Shown here in pieces: positions 46,861 through 57,781 of a stretch of DNA of 64,000 nucleotides. The notes beneath the pieces are model-generated. The model had not been told where the DNA came from, made no database searches, and saw only the letters and a program-made list of their open reading frames with translations. The position numbers and the translations under genes were made by a program. How positions within the stretch are numbered: position 1 is the stretch's first letter; each line of letters opens with the position of its first letter. The DNA comes from Chromatiaceae bacterium. GTDB lineage: Bacteria > Pseudomonadota > Gammaproteobacteria > Chromatiales > Chromatiaceae. Where the stretch lies: assembly GCA_044228695.1 (NCBI GenBank), contig JBGAUK010000003.1, forward strand, positions 27,380-91,379. Direction: 5' to 3'.

Positions 46861-48039
46861 TCAAGCCCCGCGTCCGCCAACCCGGCTATAGCGCCCACCG
46901 GGAGAGGCGGCGATCCAGCCGTCCAGTTCGAGCATGAGGAGCATGGAGGAGATGTCGTTGGCCGCCAGGCCGGTGCGCTGGACGAGGAGATCGACATGCG
47001 CCGGGTCCTGGCCCATGGCGTCGAGGAGACGGCGATAGTCGGCGTCCAGGCCGAGGCCGCGCCCGCCGGAGCCTGGGGTCTCGTCACTGCCCGTGTCGCC
47101 TAGGTCGGACGGCGGGTCCGGACGCAGGTAGCCGACCAGCAGGGGCCCCAGCTCCTCTAGGATATCCTGAGCCGTCTCCACCAGTTTGGCGCCTTGCTTG
47201 ATGAGGGCATGGCAACCCCGAGCCAGGGGGTTATGGATGGAGCCGGGGATGGCGAAGACCTCGCGGCCCTGCTCCGCGGCCAGGCGGGCGGTGATGAGGG
47301 AGCCGCTGCGGGGGGCGGCCTCCACCACCAGGGTACCCAGGCTGAGGGCGGCGATGAGGCGGTTGCGGCGTGGGAAGTTCTCGGGCCGGGGCCCCATGCC
47401 GGGGGGGAACTCGGTGACCAGGACGCCCTGGGCTGCGATCCGGCGGGCCAGGGTGCGATGGGCGGCGGGATAGATGCGATCGGGACCCGTGCCCATGACG
47501 GCCAGGGTGCGGCCGGTCTCCAGGGCGCCTTCGTGGGCGGCGCCATCGATGCCCAGCGCCAGGCCGCTGGTGATGGTCAGGCCACAGGCGGCCAGGTGGC
47601 GGGCGAAGGCGATCGTCGTCTCCCGCGCCCCAGGCGTGGGGTTGCGGCTGCCGACCATGGCCAGTTGGGGGTCGCGCAGGACCTCGGGATCGCCCCGGAC
47701 GTACAGCACCAGGGGGGCGTCCATCAGTTCCGCCAGCCGGCTGGGATAGCGGGGATCCGAGCGCGCCAGGATATGGGTGCCCTCCCCCTGGGCCCACGCC
47801 AGGGCCGCCTCGACCAAATCGGGCCTGGGGGTGCGCAGGGCCTTGATAAGGGTGGGCCGGGCGCCGGCGGCGGCCAGGTCCGGGGCGCCCGCCGCTAGCA
47901 GGGCCGCGGGATCGCCAAAATGGGCCAGCAGCCGGTTGATCGCCCGGGGACCGGCGCCCGGGGCGTTGGCCAGGGTCAGCCAGGTGCGCAGGTGCTCCGG
48001 GTCCGGGGTGGCGGCCTCCGCTGCTGGGTCCCTGGCCAT
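46861..48039 (-). CDS. dprA: DNA-processing protein DprA (Smf)
   Basis: MVGSRNPTPGARE...ITSGLALGIDGAAHEGAL. The start at 48039 overlaps the stop of the upstream gene (TGATG). The track ORF is extended to 48303. Confidence 0.92.
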   Translation of the reverse strand: MARDPAAEAATPDPEHLRTWLTLANAPGAGPRAINRLLAHFGDPAALLAAGAPDLAAAGARPTLIKALRTPRPDLVEAALAWAQGEGTHILARSDPRYPSRLAELMDAPLVLYVRGDPEVLRDPQLAMVGSRNPTPGARETTIAFARHLAACGLTITSGLALGIDGAAHEGALETGRTLAVMGTGPDRIYPAAHRTLARRIAAQGVLVTEFPPGMGPRPENFPRRNRLIAALSLGTLVVEAAPRSGSLITARLAAEQGREVFAIPGSIHNPLARGCHALIKQGAKLVETAQDILEELGPLLVGYLRPDPPSDLGDTGSDETPGSGGRGLGLDADYRRLLDAMGQDPAHVDLLVQRTGLAANDISSMLLMLELDGWIAASPGGRYSRVGGRGA

Positions 48040-49109
48040 CAATTCCTCGGCGCCAGGACCCGGTCCTGGATGTGCATGGGCCGGGTCGCCTCCATGACCA
48101 GGGCAAAGCTCAGGCGCGGAAAGGCGCGAAAGACCATGAGGGTGCCGGCCCTTTCCAGGGGCAGGAGAAAGTCCTCGCCCAGGGGGCTGGCGCCCCGATG
48201 CAGGGGCAGCGGCATATTGGGATCGGGTTCGTCGCTGATCCAGCGGTCGGTGCGGAAATCCCCGTACCAGAATTCCTCCGACCAGAACTTCTGGTCCTTC
48301 CAATCCCAGTCGTCCGCCTGGGCGCGCACCTGATCCTTGATCTGCTCGCCACCATTATAGATATCGAAGAGGTGGCCCGGTTGCACGCCCTGGTCGCTGC
48401 CCAGATCGATGACGACCACGTTTAGGCTGCCGATCTGGGAGACGCCGTTGAGGACGGCGAGGATCTGGGCCTGGCGGCCCCTGGGTCCGGGTCTGGGCTG
48501 GAAGGTCAGCAGGGGCTCGTCACCCCGCGTTGGCACCAGGCGATCACCGGTGGCAATCTCCTGACTCATGCTGTCGATCCGCAGGACCGCGGGGTCACCG
48601 GGTCGTTCCAAGGTGGCCTCCGCCACCTGCTGGGCTTGATAGCCCAGAACCTCGCCGGAGGCGGGGTCGCGATAGGGCCCACCGGGCCTCACCAGTCGGT
48701 AGCGCCCCTGGGCTTGGGGACCCAGGCCGCGGACATAGACCTGATCCCCGGTCTCGCCCAGGACTCGCCGGTCCGGAAAGGCGACCACATAGGGGGCATC
48801 CTTGATTTCCTTGGCGTCCAGGACATAGGCGTGTTCGATGAAGGGCCGAATGGCGCCGATGGGGATGACGGGATCCGGCGCCGCCAGGGGCGTGACCCGT
48901 GCCTTGGGCGACAGCTTGAGGGTCCTGAGCGGATTAGAGGGCGTGGTCCTGCCCCTGGGCGGCGCCTGCTCGATTTGCGGATCCATCTGGGCCAGGGCGG
49001 GCGGGACGGCCAGCAGCAAGGGGAGGGCGAGGACCAGCCTCATCAGGGCAACTCCAACCAGACGCTGACGGGCGATGGCGGGCTGGAAAATGGACATGAG
49101 CAACCCCAA
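48039..49109 (-). CDS. Periplasmic protein in the position of LysM/TsaP-family proteins (no LysM motif visible)
   Basis: It has a signal peptide and lies upstream of, and coupled to, dprA, divergent from def-fmt-rsmB. The C-terminal two-thirds are beta-rich (VYVRGLG...YRLVRPG...). The family call rests on synteny and is tentative. Confidence 0.6.
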   Translation of the reverse strand: MGLLMSIFQPAIARQRLVGVALMRLVLALPLLLAVPPALAQMDPQIEQAPPRGRTTPSNPLRTLKLSPKARVTPLAAPDPVIPIGAIRPFIEHAYVLDAKEIKDAPYVVAFPDRRVLGETGDQVYVRGLGPQAQGRYRLVRPGGPYRDPASGEVLGYQAQQVAEATLERPGDPAVLRIDSMSQEIATGDRLVPTRGDEPLLTFQPRPGPRGRQAQILAVLNGVSQIGSLNVVVIDLGSDQGVQPGHLFDIYNGGEQIKDQVRAQADDWDWKDQKFWSEEFWYGDFRTDRWISDEPDPNMPLPLHRGASPLGEDFLLPLERAGTLMVFRAFPRLSFALVMEATRPMHIQDRVLAPRN

Positions 49110-49165
49110 GATTGGCTGGCGGGTGATGCCTGCCGGGGCTCACTTTTCAAGACGAAGCCTTGTTT

Positions 49166-49208
49166 TTGCGGGACCCTGATCGGCAGTGTAGTATGCCGGG
49201 GCATACTA
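49166..49208. promoter_or_regulatory. Candidate def promoter (-35 TTGCGG 49166-49171, 17-nt spacer, -10 TAGTAT 49189-49194) embedded in a perfect 9-bp-arm palindrome TAGTATGCC gg GGCATACTA (49189-49208)
   Basis: Read directly. The palindrome places a TAGTAT hexamer on both strands, between divergent operons. Confidence 0.35.
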
Positions 49209-49330
49209 GCGAGCATTCGCCTACCTTGCCAGGGGTGCCCGTCCTTTTGATAACCAGGGGCTTGGGGTGAATCCTGGCTATCAGGACCAGACTCGCGCCC
49301 CAAGGCCGACCATTCAGTGGGGACTCCCAA

Positions 49331-49867
49331 ATGAGTCAACTCGAAATTCTCACCTTCCCTAACCCACGTCTGCGTAACGTGGCCAAGCCCGTGGCCAGGA
49401 TCGATGACCGCATTCGCCGCCAGATCGACGATATGTTCGAGACCATGTACGCCGCGCGTGGCATTGGCCTGGCGGCGATCCAGGTCGATATCCCCCTGCG
49501 GATGATCGTCATCGACGTCTCCGAGCATCACGACGAGCCCCTGTGCCTCATCAATCCCGAGATCCTCTGGCGCGAGGGCGAAGAGGAGATGGATGAAGGC
49601 TGTCTCTCGGTGCCCGGATTTTGGGAGCCGGTGACGCGGGCGGAACGGGTGCGGGTGCGCGCCCAGGACCGCCAGGGTCAAGCCTTTGAATTGGAGACGG
49701 ATGGTTTGCTGGCGGTCTGTATCCAGCACGAAATCGACCACTTGGATGGCAAGCTCTTCGTCGATTATCTCTCCTCCCTCAAGCGCCAGCGCATCCGCCG
49801 GAAACTGGAGAAGGAGGACCGGCAGCGCAAGCCGGACACCGCCGAGCCCCGGCGGGCGATGATTTGA
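49331..49867 (+). CDS. def: Peptide deformylase
   Basis: Motifs [17 protein letters not shown] and QHEIDHLDG. Confidence 0.97.
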   Translation: MSQLEILTFPNPRLRNVAKPVARIDDRIRRQIDDMFETMYAARGIGLAAIQVDIPLRMIVIDVSEHHDEPLCLINPEILWREGEEEMDEGCLSVPGFWEPVTRAERVRVRAQDRQGQAFELETDGLLAVCIQHEIDHLDGKLFVDYLSSLKRQRIRRKLEKEDRQRKPDTAEPRRAMI

Positions 49868-50808
49868 TGCCTCCTCTGCGGATCATCTTCGCCGGGACAC
49901 CGGACTTCTCCGTACCCTGCCTCCGTGCCCTGCGGGACGCCGGCCATGAGGTGGTGGCCGTCTATACCCAGCCAGATCGGCCCGCGGGCCGGGGCCGCAA
50001 GCTGAGCCCGGGCCCCGTCAAGGAGGCCGCGGCGGCTCTGGGACTACCCCTTTACCAACCCCCGACCCTGCGAGACCCCGAGGCCATCGGCACTCTGCGG
50101 GAACTGGGCGCCGATCTCATGGTGGTGGTCGCCTACGGCCTGCTCCTGCCCCAGGCGGTCCTGGATATCCCCAGGCTAGGCTGCGTCAATGTCCACGCCT
50201 CGGTGCTGCCCCGCTGGCGCGGCGCGGCCCCTATTCAGCGCGCCATACTGGCCGGCGATAAGGAGAGCGGCGTCACCATCATGCGCATGGAGGCGGGGCT
50301 CGACACGGGCCCTATGTACCTAATCCGGCGCCTGACCCTGGACCCCCGCGAGACGGGCGGCAGCCTGCATGACAAGCTCTCCCTGCTGGGGGCCACCGCC
50401 CTGGTGGAGGCCCTGCCGGGCATCGCCGCTGGCAGCCTGGCCCCGGAGATTCAGGACGACAGCCAGGCCAGCTACGCCCACAAGCTGGCCAAGGCGGAGG
50501 CCGAGGTTGACTGGTCGCAACCGGCGGTGGCTATCGACCGCCTGATCCGTGCCTTCGACCCCTGGCCCGTGGCCCAGACCCAACTGGACGGCGCCAGTCT
50601 GCGCCTTTGGGGCTGCGACCTGCCTGACCTAAACCCGCCGCCGGGCGCCGAGCCTGGCCAGGTGATTGGGGCCTCCAAGGCGGGCATCGCGGTCGCTACC
50701 GGGGCCGGCGTGCTGCGCCTGACCCGCCTCCAGCCCCCGGGCAAGCGGCCCATGTCGGCCGCTGAATTCCTCAACGCCCGCCGTCTGGATGGGGTCAAGT
50801 TTGGATAA
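49864..50808 (+). CDS. fmt: Methionyl-tRNA formyltransferase
   Basis: [13 protein letters not shown] and [18 protein letters not shown]. The gene overlaps the def stop. Confidence 0.96.
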   Translation: MMPPLRIIFAGTPDFSVPCLRALRDAGHEVVAVYTQPDRPAGRGRKLSPGPVKEAAAALGLPLYQPPTLRDPEAIGTLRELGADLMVVVAYGLLLPQAVLDIPRLGCVNVHASVLPRWRGAAPIQRAILAGDKESGVTIMRMEAGLDTGPMYLIRRLTLDPRETGGSLHDKLSLLGATALVEALPGIAAGSLAPEIQDDSQASYAHKLAKAEAEVDWSQPAVAIDRLIRAFDPWPVAQTQLDGASLRLWGCDLPDLNPPPGAEPGQVIGASKAGIAVATGAGVLRLTRLQPPGKRPMSAAEFLNARRLDGVKFG

Positions 50809-52183
50809 TCCGCAACCCCGCCCCTGGCCTGGCCGCCAGTCCCCGCAAGAACCCAAGGCCAGCGTGGCGCCCTCGGAGGGCGCCCGCGCCCGGGCCGCCG
50901 CGGCCCGCGTCGTCCAGGCCGTCCTGGGTCGCGGCCGCTCCCTGACCGAGGCCCTGGAACAGCTTGATGCACTGGACCAGGAACGGGACCGGCCCCTGGT
51001 CCAGGAGCTGAGTTATGGTGCCTTGCGCCTGCTGCCGCGCCTGCGCGCCATCGCGACCCAACTGCTGAGCAAACCCCTCAAGCCCGAGGATGGCGACTTG
51101 GAGGCCCTGATCCTCATCGGCCTCTACCAACTCCTTGCCACCCGCATCCCCCCCCACGCCGCCGTCGCCTCCAGCGTGGCGGCGACCCGCGTCCTGGGCA
51201 AGGGCTGGGCGGCGAAACTCGTCAATGCCCTCCTGCGGCGCTTCCAGCGCGAGCGCGCGGCCTTGCTGGCCCAGGCGGACAAGAGCGAAGAGGCCCGCTG
51301 GCTGTTTCCCGCCTGGTTGCTGGACCGATTCCAGACGGAGTGGCCCCAGGATTGGCAAGAGATCGTCGCCGCCAGCAATACCCAGGCTCCCCTCTGGCTG
51401 AGGGTAAATCGTCTCGCCGGCGACCGGGAGGCCTACCTGAAGCAACTCGCCGCCGCGGGTATCGCCGCCCAACCGGCGCCCCATGCCCCGCAGGGACTGG
51501 TCCTGGACCAGCCATTGCCCATGGCGCGCCTGCCTGGCTTCGCGGCGGGTCAGGTCTCGATCCAGGACGCCAACGCCCAACTGGCCGCCCCCCTGCTGGG
51601 GGTCCGCCCGGGCGAGCGGGTCCTGGATGTCTGCGCCGCGCCGGGCGGCAAGACGGCCCACCTGCTGGAACTGGCGGACGGCCAACTGGAGCTTACCGCC
51701 CTCGACATCGACCCCCAGCGCCTCGACCGGGTACGCGACAACCTCCAGCGCCTGTCCCTCGTCGCGACACTGCTGGTCGGCGACGCCACCGAACCCGCCG
51801 GGGCCTGGGCCCAGGGCACTTACGATCGCATCCTGCTTGATGTCCCCTGCTCCGCCACCGGGGTCATTCGCCGCCATCCGGACATCAAATGGCTGCGGCG
51901 GCCCGGGGATATCGAGGCCCTGTGCGCCCGCCAGGCCCGGATGCTGGAGGCCATCTGGCCCCTGCTCGCCCCGGGCGGCACCCTGGTCTATGTGACCTGT
52001 TCCCTGCTGCCGGACGAGAATGAACGGCAGATTCGCGCCTTTCTCTCTCGTCACGACGACGCCAGCGAGGTCCCCATCGCGGCGGATTGGGGTCTGGCCC
52101 GGACGTGCGGCCGCCAGACCCTGCCGACGGTGGGGGGCGGCGATGGCTTCTATTTCGCCCGCCTGCGCAAGGCAACGCCATGA
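50789..52183 (+). CDS. rsmB: 16S rRNA (cytosine967-C5)-methyltransferase
   Basis: NusB-like N-terminus, with DVCAAPGGKTAHL, LDVPCSATGVIRRHPDIKW and YVTCSLLPDENE. The exact start is uncertain. Confidence 0.93.
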   Translation: MGSSLDNPQPRPWPGRQSPQEPKASVAPSEGARARAAAARVVQAVLGRGRSLTEALEQLDALDQERDRPLVQELSYGALRLLPRLRAIATQLLSKPLKPEDGDLEALILIGLYQLLATRIPPHAAVASSVAATRVLGKGWAAKLVNALLRRFQRERAALLAQADKSEEARWLFPAWLLDRFQTEWPQDWQEIVAASNTQAPLWLRVNRLAGDREAYLKQLAAAGIAAQPAPHAPQGLVLDQPLPMARLPGFAAGQVSIQDANAQLAAPLLGVRPGERVLDVCAAPGGKTAHLLELADGQLELTALDIDPQRLDRVRDNLQRLSLVATLLVGDATEPAGAWAQGTYDRILLDVPCSATGVIRRHPDIKWLRRPGDIEALCARQARMLEAIWPLLAPGGTLVYVTCSLLPDENERQIRAFLSRHDDASEVPIAADWGLARTCGRQTLPTVGGGDGFYFARLRKATP

Positions 52184-52758
52184 GGACCCCCATCCCCGGC
52201 CAGCCCGCGCCATGGGGATTCGTCTTCTGGCTGATCCTGCTGCTGTTGCCCAGCCTGGGCAACGCCAAGCCGGCCTTTCAGATCGAAGACATCAAGATCC
52301 GCGCCGTGGGCGAGGAACTGGTCATGGATGCCCGCTTTGTCCCGGACCTGAGCCCGGTGGCCCTGGAGGCCCTGGACAACGGGGTGCCCCTCACGCTGGA
52401 AGCGCACATTCAGGTCCGGGAAACCGATGCCTGGGTCTGGGATTCCAGCCTGGTGGATCGTCGTCTGCGTTACGAGATCCGTTACCAACCCCTGGCGGAA
52501 CGCTACCAGGTGACCCCCGTACCCGGCGGGGCCGGCCATAATTACGTCACCCGGGATGCCGCCATTGCCGCCCTCGGCGACCTCCACGATCTGCCCCTGC
52601 TCAACCGGGGGGAACTCGCGGCTGGCAAGGACTATCGGGTCGATCTCAAGATCGCCCTCGACATCGAGGAACTGCCCCTGCCCCTGCGGCCCACGGCCTA
52701 TCTCCTTCCCTCCTGGAAGCTCTCGTCGGGCTGGACCACATGGCCGTTGCGACCTTGA
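52180..52758 (+). CDS. DUF4390-domain periplasmic protein
   Basis: It has a signal peptide (FVFWLILLLLPSLGNA). The ATG overlaps the rsmB stop (ATGA). It sits in the conserved position between rsmB and ntrY. The track ORF starts earlier, inside rsmB. Confidence 0.75.
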   Translation: MRTPIPGQPAPWGFVFWLILLLLPSLGNAKPAFQIEDIKIRAVGEELVMDARFVPDLSPVALEALDNGVPLTLEAHIQVRETDAWVWDSSLVDRRLRYEIRYQPLAERYQVTPVPGGAGHNYVTRDAAIAALGDLHDLPLLNRGELAAGKDYRVDLKIALDIEELPLPLRPTAYLLPSWKLSSGWTTWPLRP

Positions 52759-54983
52759 CGCAGTGGCGCCGGCCGGGCCTGATCCCGGTGATCCTGTTGT
52801 TGGTCGTGCTCCTGGTCGCCCTGGACCTGATGAGCGGCGCGGTGCAGAACTCCGAATCCCTGAGCCGGGCCTTCGTGCCCCTCATGTTCATCGTCATCAT
52901 CGGCCTGCTGGTACTCGCCGCCATGGTGCTGACCAATCTGGTCAGACTGGTACAGGGTTATCGCCACAAGGTCGCCGGTTCGCGCCTCACCGGTCGTCTG
53001 GTCCTGCTGTTCGCCCTCATCTCACTGCTGCCCGTGGTCGTGGTCTATTACTACTCCCTGGGCTTCCTGTTACGGGGTATCGACTCCTGGTTCGACGTCG
53101 AGATCGACCAGGCCATGGTGGATGCCCTCACCCTCAATCAGGCCTCACTGGATCTCAATCAGCGGGTCTTGATGCGCTATACGCAACAACTCCTGGCGGG
53201 CATCGAGGACAGTTCCAGCACGGCCCTGGCCTTGAGCCTCGGCCAGTTGCGGCAACAGGCGGGGGCCCTGGAGATTGCTGTCTTCGGGGCCAATGGCCAG
53301 GTGCGGGGCAATTCCAGCGAGGACCCGACTGTCCTGGTGCCCAACCTGCCCGATCGCGAATTGCTGCGGCGGGCCAGTGGTGGCGCCAATCAGGTCGAGC
53401 TGGAGACCGCCGCCAACCAGGAGATGGTGGTGCGGGTGCTGGTGGCGGACCCGGTGGGTCGCAACCTGGTCATGCAGGCCATATTCCCGACCTCCGAACG
53501 CATCAGCGAACTGGCGGCGAATCTGGAGAAGGCCTACAACCGCTACAAGGAGCTGGCCTATCTGCGCCAGTCCCTGAAGCTGAGCTTCTCCCTCACTCTC
53601 TCCCTGGTCCTGCTGTTCGGCCTCATGGCCGCCCTGCTCGCCGCCTTCCATACCGCCTGGCGCCTGGTGGAGCCGGTGGCGGCCATTGCCCGCGGCACCC
53701 GCGCCGTGGCGGAGGGCGACTACGAGCAGCGCCTGCCCTTACCCGGTCACGAAGACGAACTCAGCTTCCTGGTCGCCTCCTTCAATTCCATGACCCGGCG
53801 CCTGGCTCGGGCCCGGGACGCGGCGGCGCGCTCCCAGCAGGCCGTCGAGGCCGAGCGCGTTTATCTGGAAACGGTGCTGGGGCGTCTCTCCTCGGGCGTG
53901 GTCGTCCTCGACGGCGAACACCGCCTGCGGACCGCCAACCCGGCGGCCCATCAGATCCTGGGACTGACGGAACCGGACATGAGCGATGGCGGCCTGGACG
54001 CCCTCAATGCGACCCATCCTGGCCTGGTGGCCTGGGTGGACGCGGTGCGGACCCATCTGGAGGGGCACGCCGAATGGCGTCAGGAGGTCGTCCTCTTTGG
54101 CGCCGAAGGCCGCCAGGTGCTGATGTGTCGCGGCAGCCCCCTCATCCATCCCGATGGCCAGGAGAGCGGCCATGTGGTGGTCTTCGACGACATTACCCGC
54201 CTCATCACGGCCCAGCGCGACGCCGCCTGGGGCGAGGTGGCCCGGCGCCTGGCCCACGAGATCAAAAATCCCCTGACCCCCATCCAGCTCTCGGCGGAGC
54301 GGCTGCGCCACAAGCTCCTGACCAAGCTGCCGGAGGACGATGCCCGGGTGGTGGACCGCGCGACCCATACCATCGTCCAGCAGGTCGAGGCCATGAAGGC
54401 CATGGTCAACGACTTCTCCAACTATGCGCGCTCCCCCAAGCTGGAGCCGGAACCCCTGCGCCTGGATCGGCTGGTAGCCGAGGTGATGGAACTCTACCGC
54501 TCCGTCCCGGCGATCAAAATCGACCTCCAGGTCGGCGAGGCCCTCATCAAGGGGGACCCCCTGCGTTTGCGCCAGGTCATTCACAATCTGGTCAAAAATG
54601 CCCTGGAGGCGGTAGAGGACAAGCCCCAGGCCCGGATCCGCATCGCCACCCGGCGCCTGGACGACCAGGATCGGCCCCAATTGGAACTCTCGGTGGAGGA
54701 CAATGGCGGCGGGATCGACGAGACTCTCATCGACCGCCTCTTCGAACCCTATGTCACCACCAAGGCCAAGGGCACGGGGCTGGGCCTGGCGATCGTCAAG
54801 AAGATTATCGAGGAACACGGGGGTATCATTTGGGCGGAGAATGCCAAGGGCGGCGCCCGCGTGGCGACGCGCCTGCCCTTATGGCGCGATGAACATCACG
54901 AGGAAGTTCCCAAGGAACCGCCGGTTGCCCTGGCCACCCCGGCCAAGAGCCCCAGCGCCCACCCAGACCGAGAACAAGCATGA
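52740..54983 (+). CDS. ntrY: Sensor histidine kinase NtrY
   Basis: N-terminal TM bundle, HAMP, PAS, the H-box RLAHEIKNPLTPIQLS, and an ATPase domain (NLVKNALEA; GTGLGLAIV). Confidence 0.9.
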   Translation: MAVATLTQWRRPGLIPVILLLVVLLVALDLMSGAVQNSESLSRAFVPLMFIVIIGLLVLAAMVLTNLVRLVQGYRHKVAGSRLTGRLVLLFALISLLPVVVVYYYSLGFLLRGIDSWFDVEIDQAMVDALTLNQASLDLNQRVLMRYTQQLLAGIEDSSSTALALSLGQLRQQAGALEIAVFGANGQVRGNSSEDPTVLVPNLPDRELLRRASGGANQVELETAANQEMVVRVLVADPVGRNLVMQAIFPTSERISELAANLEKAYNRYKELAYLRQSLKLSFSLTLSLVLLFGLMAALLAAFHTAWRLVEPVAAIARGTRAVAEGDYEQRLPLPGHEDELSFLVASFNSMTRRLARARDAAARSQQAVEAERVYLETVLGRLSSGVVVLDGEHRLRTANPAAHQILGLTEPDMSDGGLDALNATHPGLVAWVDAVRTHLEGHAEWRQEVVLFGAEGRQVLMCRGSPLIHPDGQESGHVVVFDDITRLITAQRDAAWGEVARRLAHEIKNPLTPIQLSAERLRHKLLTKLPEDDARVVDRATHTIVQQVEAMKAMVNDFSNYARSPKLEPEPLRLDRLVAEVMELYRSVPAIKIDLQVGEALIKGDPLRLRQVIHNLVKNALEAVEDKPQARIRIATRRLDDQDRPQLELSVEDNGGGIDETLIDRLFEPYVTTKAKGTGLGLAIVKKIIEEHGGIIWAENAKGGARVATRLPLWRDEHHEEVPKEPPVALATPAKSPSAHPDREQA

Positions 54984-56347
54984 GTGCAGCCTACATTCTG
55001 GTGGTCGATGACGAGCCCGACATCCGCGGCCTGGTCCAGGAGATTCTGGAGGACGAGGGCTATGCGGTGGCCACCGCCGAGAACGGCGCCGCCGCCCGCC
55101 GCTCCCTGCGCGAGCGCCGCCCCGACCTGATTCTCCTGGACATCTGGATGCCCGATCTGGATGGCATCAGTCTCCTCAAGGAGTGGTCCGAGGACGATGG
55201 CCTGCCCTGCCCGGTGATCATGATGTCCGGTCATGGCACCGTGGAGACGGCGGTGGAGGCGACCCGGCTGGGGGCCTACGACTTCCTCGAAAAGCCGCTA
55301 TCCATGGCCAAGCTGCTGCTGACCACGGAGCGCGCCCTGGAGGCCGACAAACTGGTCCGCGAGAACATCGGCCTCAAACGCCGCACCATCATCGCCCATG
55401 AGCCCATCGGCCGCGGCACCGCCATGCAGCGCCTACGGGAGCAGGTCAAGCGTATCGCCCAGCACGATACCTGGGTCCTGATCACGGGCGAGGCTGGCAG
55501 CGGTCGCGAGACCTTCGCCCGTTACCTTCACTCCCAGAGCGCCCGCCGGGATCGGCCCTTCGTCGACCTCGGCGTCTCGGGGATCGCCCGGGCCAACGCC
55601 GCCCGGGAACTCTTCGGCGGCGAACAGGATGGGCATGTCCACTATGGCGGTCTGGAGCAGGCCGCCGGGGGCACCCTGCTCCTCGACGAGGTCGGGGACA
55701 TGGACCAGGGGGTCCAGGGCCAGTTGCTCGGTGCCCTGGATACGGGCTCCTTCCTGCGCGTCGGCGGCACCGAACCGGTTAACATCGACGTGCGCCTCAT
55801 CGCCGCCACCCAGCACAACCTGGAGGACGAGGTGCGCGCCGGGCGCTTCCGCGAGGACCTCTTCTACCACCTCAACGTGGTACCCCTGAGCGTCCCCGCC
55901 CTGCGGGACCACAACGAGGACATTCCGGAACTCCTCAACTACTACGTGGATTACTTCGCCACCCACGAAAAGCTGCCCTACCGGCGGTTCAGTGTCGGCG
56001 CCCAGAACTACATGCGCAATTACCCCTGGCCGGGGAATGTGCGCGAACTCAAGAACCTGGTCCAGCGCGTCCTCATCCTCGGTGCTGGTGACGAGATCTC
56101 CCAGGACGAGGTCGAAAATACCCTGGGGGCCACCACCAGCACCCCGGCGCCGAACCTAGAGGGCCTCATGTCCTTCGACCAGCCCCTGCGCGAGGCCCGG
56201 GAACAGTTCGAGAAGACCTATCTCGAATACCAGCTCGAAAAGCACGGCGGCAATGTCAGCAAGATGGCCAAGGAGGCGGGTATGGAGCGCACCCACCTCT
56301 ACCGGAAGCTGCGCTCCCTGGGGATCGAGATCAAGGAGCGCCGTTAA
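54980..56347 (+). CDS. ntrX: Response regulator NtrX (NtrC family)
   Basis: The receiver domain has [14 protein letters not shown]. The AAA+ Walker A is GEAGSGRE. There is no GAFTGA loop ([15 protein letters not shown] instead), as reported for NtrX. A C-terminal HTH is present. Confidence 0.88.
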   Translation: MSAAYILVVDDEPDIRGLVQEILEDEGYAVATAENGAAARRSLRERRPDLILLDIWMPDLDGISLLKEWSEDDGLPCPVIMMSGHGTVETAVEATRLGAYDFLEKPLSMAKLLLTTERALEADKLVRENIGLKRRTIIAHEPIGRGTAMQRLREQVKRIAQHDTWVLITGEAGSGRETFARYLHSQSARRDRPFVDLGVSGIARANAARELFGGEQDGHVHYGGLEQAAGGTLLLDEVGDMDQGVQGQLLGALDTGSFLRVGGTEPVNIDVRLIAATQHNLEDEVRAGRFREDLFYHLNVVPLSVPALRDHNEDIPELLNYYVDYFATHEKLPYRRFSVGAQNYMRNYPWPGNVRELKNLVQRVLILGAGDEISQDEVENTLGATTSTPAPNLEGLMSFDQPLREAREQFEKTYLEYQLEKHGGNVSKMAKEAGMERTHLYRKLRSLGIEIKERR

Positions 56348-56349
56348 GC

Positions 56350-57723
56350 ATGAAGATCATCATCCTGGGCGGCGGTCAGGTGGGCCGGTCCGTGGCGGCG
56401 AATCTGGCGGGAGAGGCCAACGACATCACCGTCGTAGATCGTGATCCCGAAATACTGCGGGAACTCCAGGACCGCTTCGACCTCCGGACCATCATAGGAC
56501 ATGGCGCCCATCCCGACGTGCTGCAGCGGGCCGGGGCCGAGGACGCCCATATCATCCTGGCGGTCACCAATAGCGACGAGACCAACATGGTCGCCTGCCA
56601 GGTCGCCTATACCCTCTTCCATACCCCCACCCGCATCGCGCGGGTGCGCTCCCCCGGTTTCCTGGAACACCCGGAACTCTTTGCCCCCGGCGCCCTGCCC
56701 ATCAATGTGTGCATCAGTCCGGAGCAACTCGTCACCCAATATATTCTGCGGCTGCTGGAGCACCCCGGCAGCCTTCAGGTGCTGGACTTCGCCAACGGGC
56801 GGGTGCGGCTGGTGGCGGTCAAGGCCCGCGAGGGTGGTCCCCTGATTGGCCATGCCTTGCGCACCCTCTACGATCACATGCCCGAGGTCGAGACCCGGGT
56901 CGCGGCCATCTACCGCCAGGACCGGGCCCTGGAGCCAACGGGTGACACCATCATCGAGGCCAACGACGAGGTCTTCTTCGTCGCCGCCCCGGCCCATATC
57001 CGCACCGTCATGGGCGAATTGCAGCGGCTGGAAAAGCCCTACAAGCGCCTCATCTTCGCGGGCGGTGGCAACATCGGCACCCGGCTCGCCCGCGCCACCG
57101 AGAACGACTTTCGGGTCAAGGTCATCGAGCGCGACCTGACCCGCAGCAAGCAGATTGCCGAGACCCTGGAGCGGACCATCGTCCTCCATGGCGACGCCGC
57201 GGACGAAAACCTGCTGCGGGAAGAGAATATCGAGGATACCGACGTCTTCTGCGCCGTCACCAACGACGACGAGGACAATATTCTCTCCGCCCTCCTGGCC
57301 AAGCGGCTGGGGGCGCGCAAGGTCATGGCCCTCATCAACCGTCCGGCCTACGTGGATCTGATGCAAAGCGGTGGCATCGACGTGGTCATTTCCCCCCAAC
57401 AGGCGACCATCGGCAGCCTGCTCAAGCATGTGCGCCGCGGGGACGTGGTGGCGGTGCATTCCCTGCGGCGCGGCGCGGCCGAGGCCATCGAGGCCATCGC
57501 CCATGGCGACGCCAAACTGAGCAAGGTCATCGGTCGCTCGATCGACCAGATCAAACTCCCGGCCGGGACGACCATTGGCGCCATCGTCCGGGGCGAGGCG
57601 GTCCTCATGGCCCACCACGACACCCTCATTCAGGCCGAGGATCACGTCATCCTCTTCCTCCAGGACAAGCGCCGGGTGGCCGAGGTCGAGAAGCTGTTCC
57701 AGGTGCCGGTGACCTTCCTGTGA
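56350..57723 (+). CDS. trkA: Trk potassium-uptake system NAD-binding subunit TrkA
   Basis: Two tandem RCK/Rossmann units, IILGGGQVG and IFAGGGNIG. Confidence 0.95.
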   Translation: MKIIILGGGQVGRSVAANLAGEANDITVVDRDPEILRELQDRFDLRTIIGHGAHPDVLQRAGAEDAHIILAVTNSDETNMVACQVAYTLFHTPTRIARVRSPGFLEHPELFAPGALPINVCISPEQLVTQYILRLLEHPGSLQVLDFANGRVRLVAVKAREGGPLIGHALRTLYDHMPEVETRVAAIYRQDRALEPTGDTIIEANDEVFFVAAPAHIRTVMGELQRLEKPYKRLIFAGGGNIGTRLARATENDFRVKVIERDLTRSKQIAETLERTIVLHGDAADENLLREENIEDTDVFCAVTNDDEDNILSALLAKRLGARKVMALINRPAYVDLMQSGGIDVVISPQQATIGSLLKHVRRGDVVAVHSLRRGAAEAIEAIAHGDAKLSKVIGRSIDQIKLPAGTTIGAIVRGEAVLMAHHDTLIQAEDHVILFLQDKRRVAEVEKLFQVPVTFL

Positions 57724-57781
57724 TGGCTTCGGGGTTAGAAACGAGCCCCCGGGGTCTGGCCGTGGGCGGTGGCGGCGCGGC

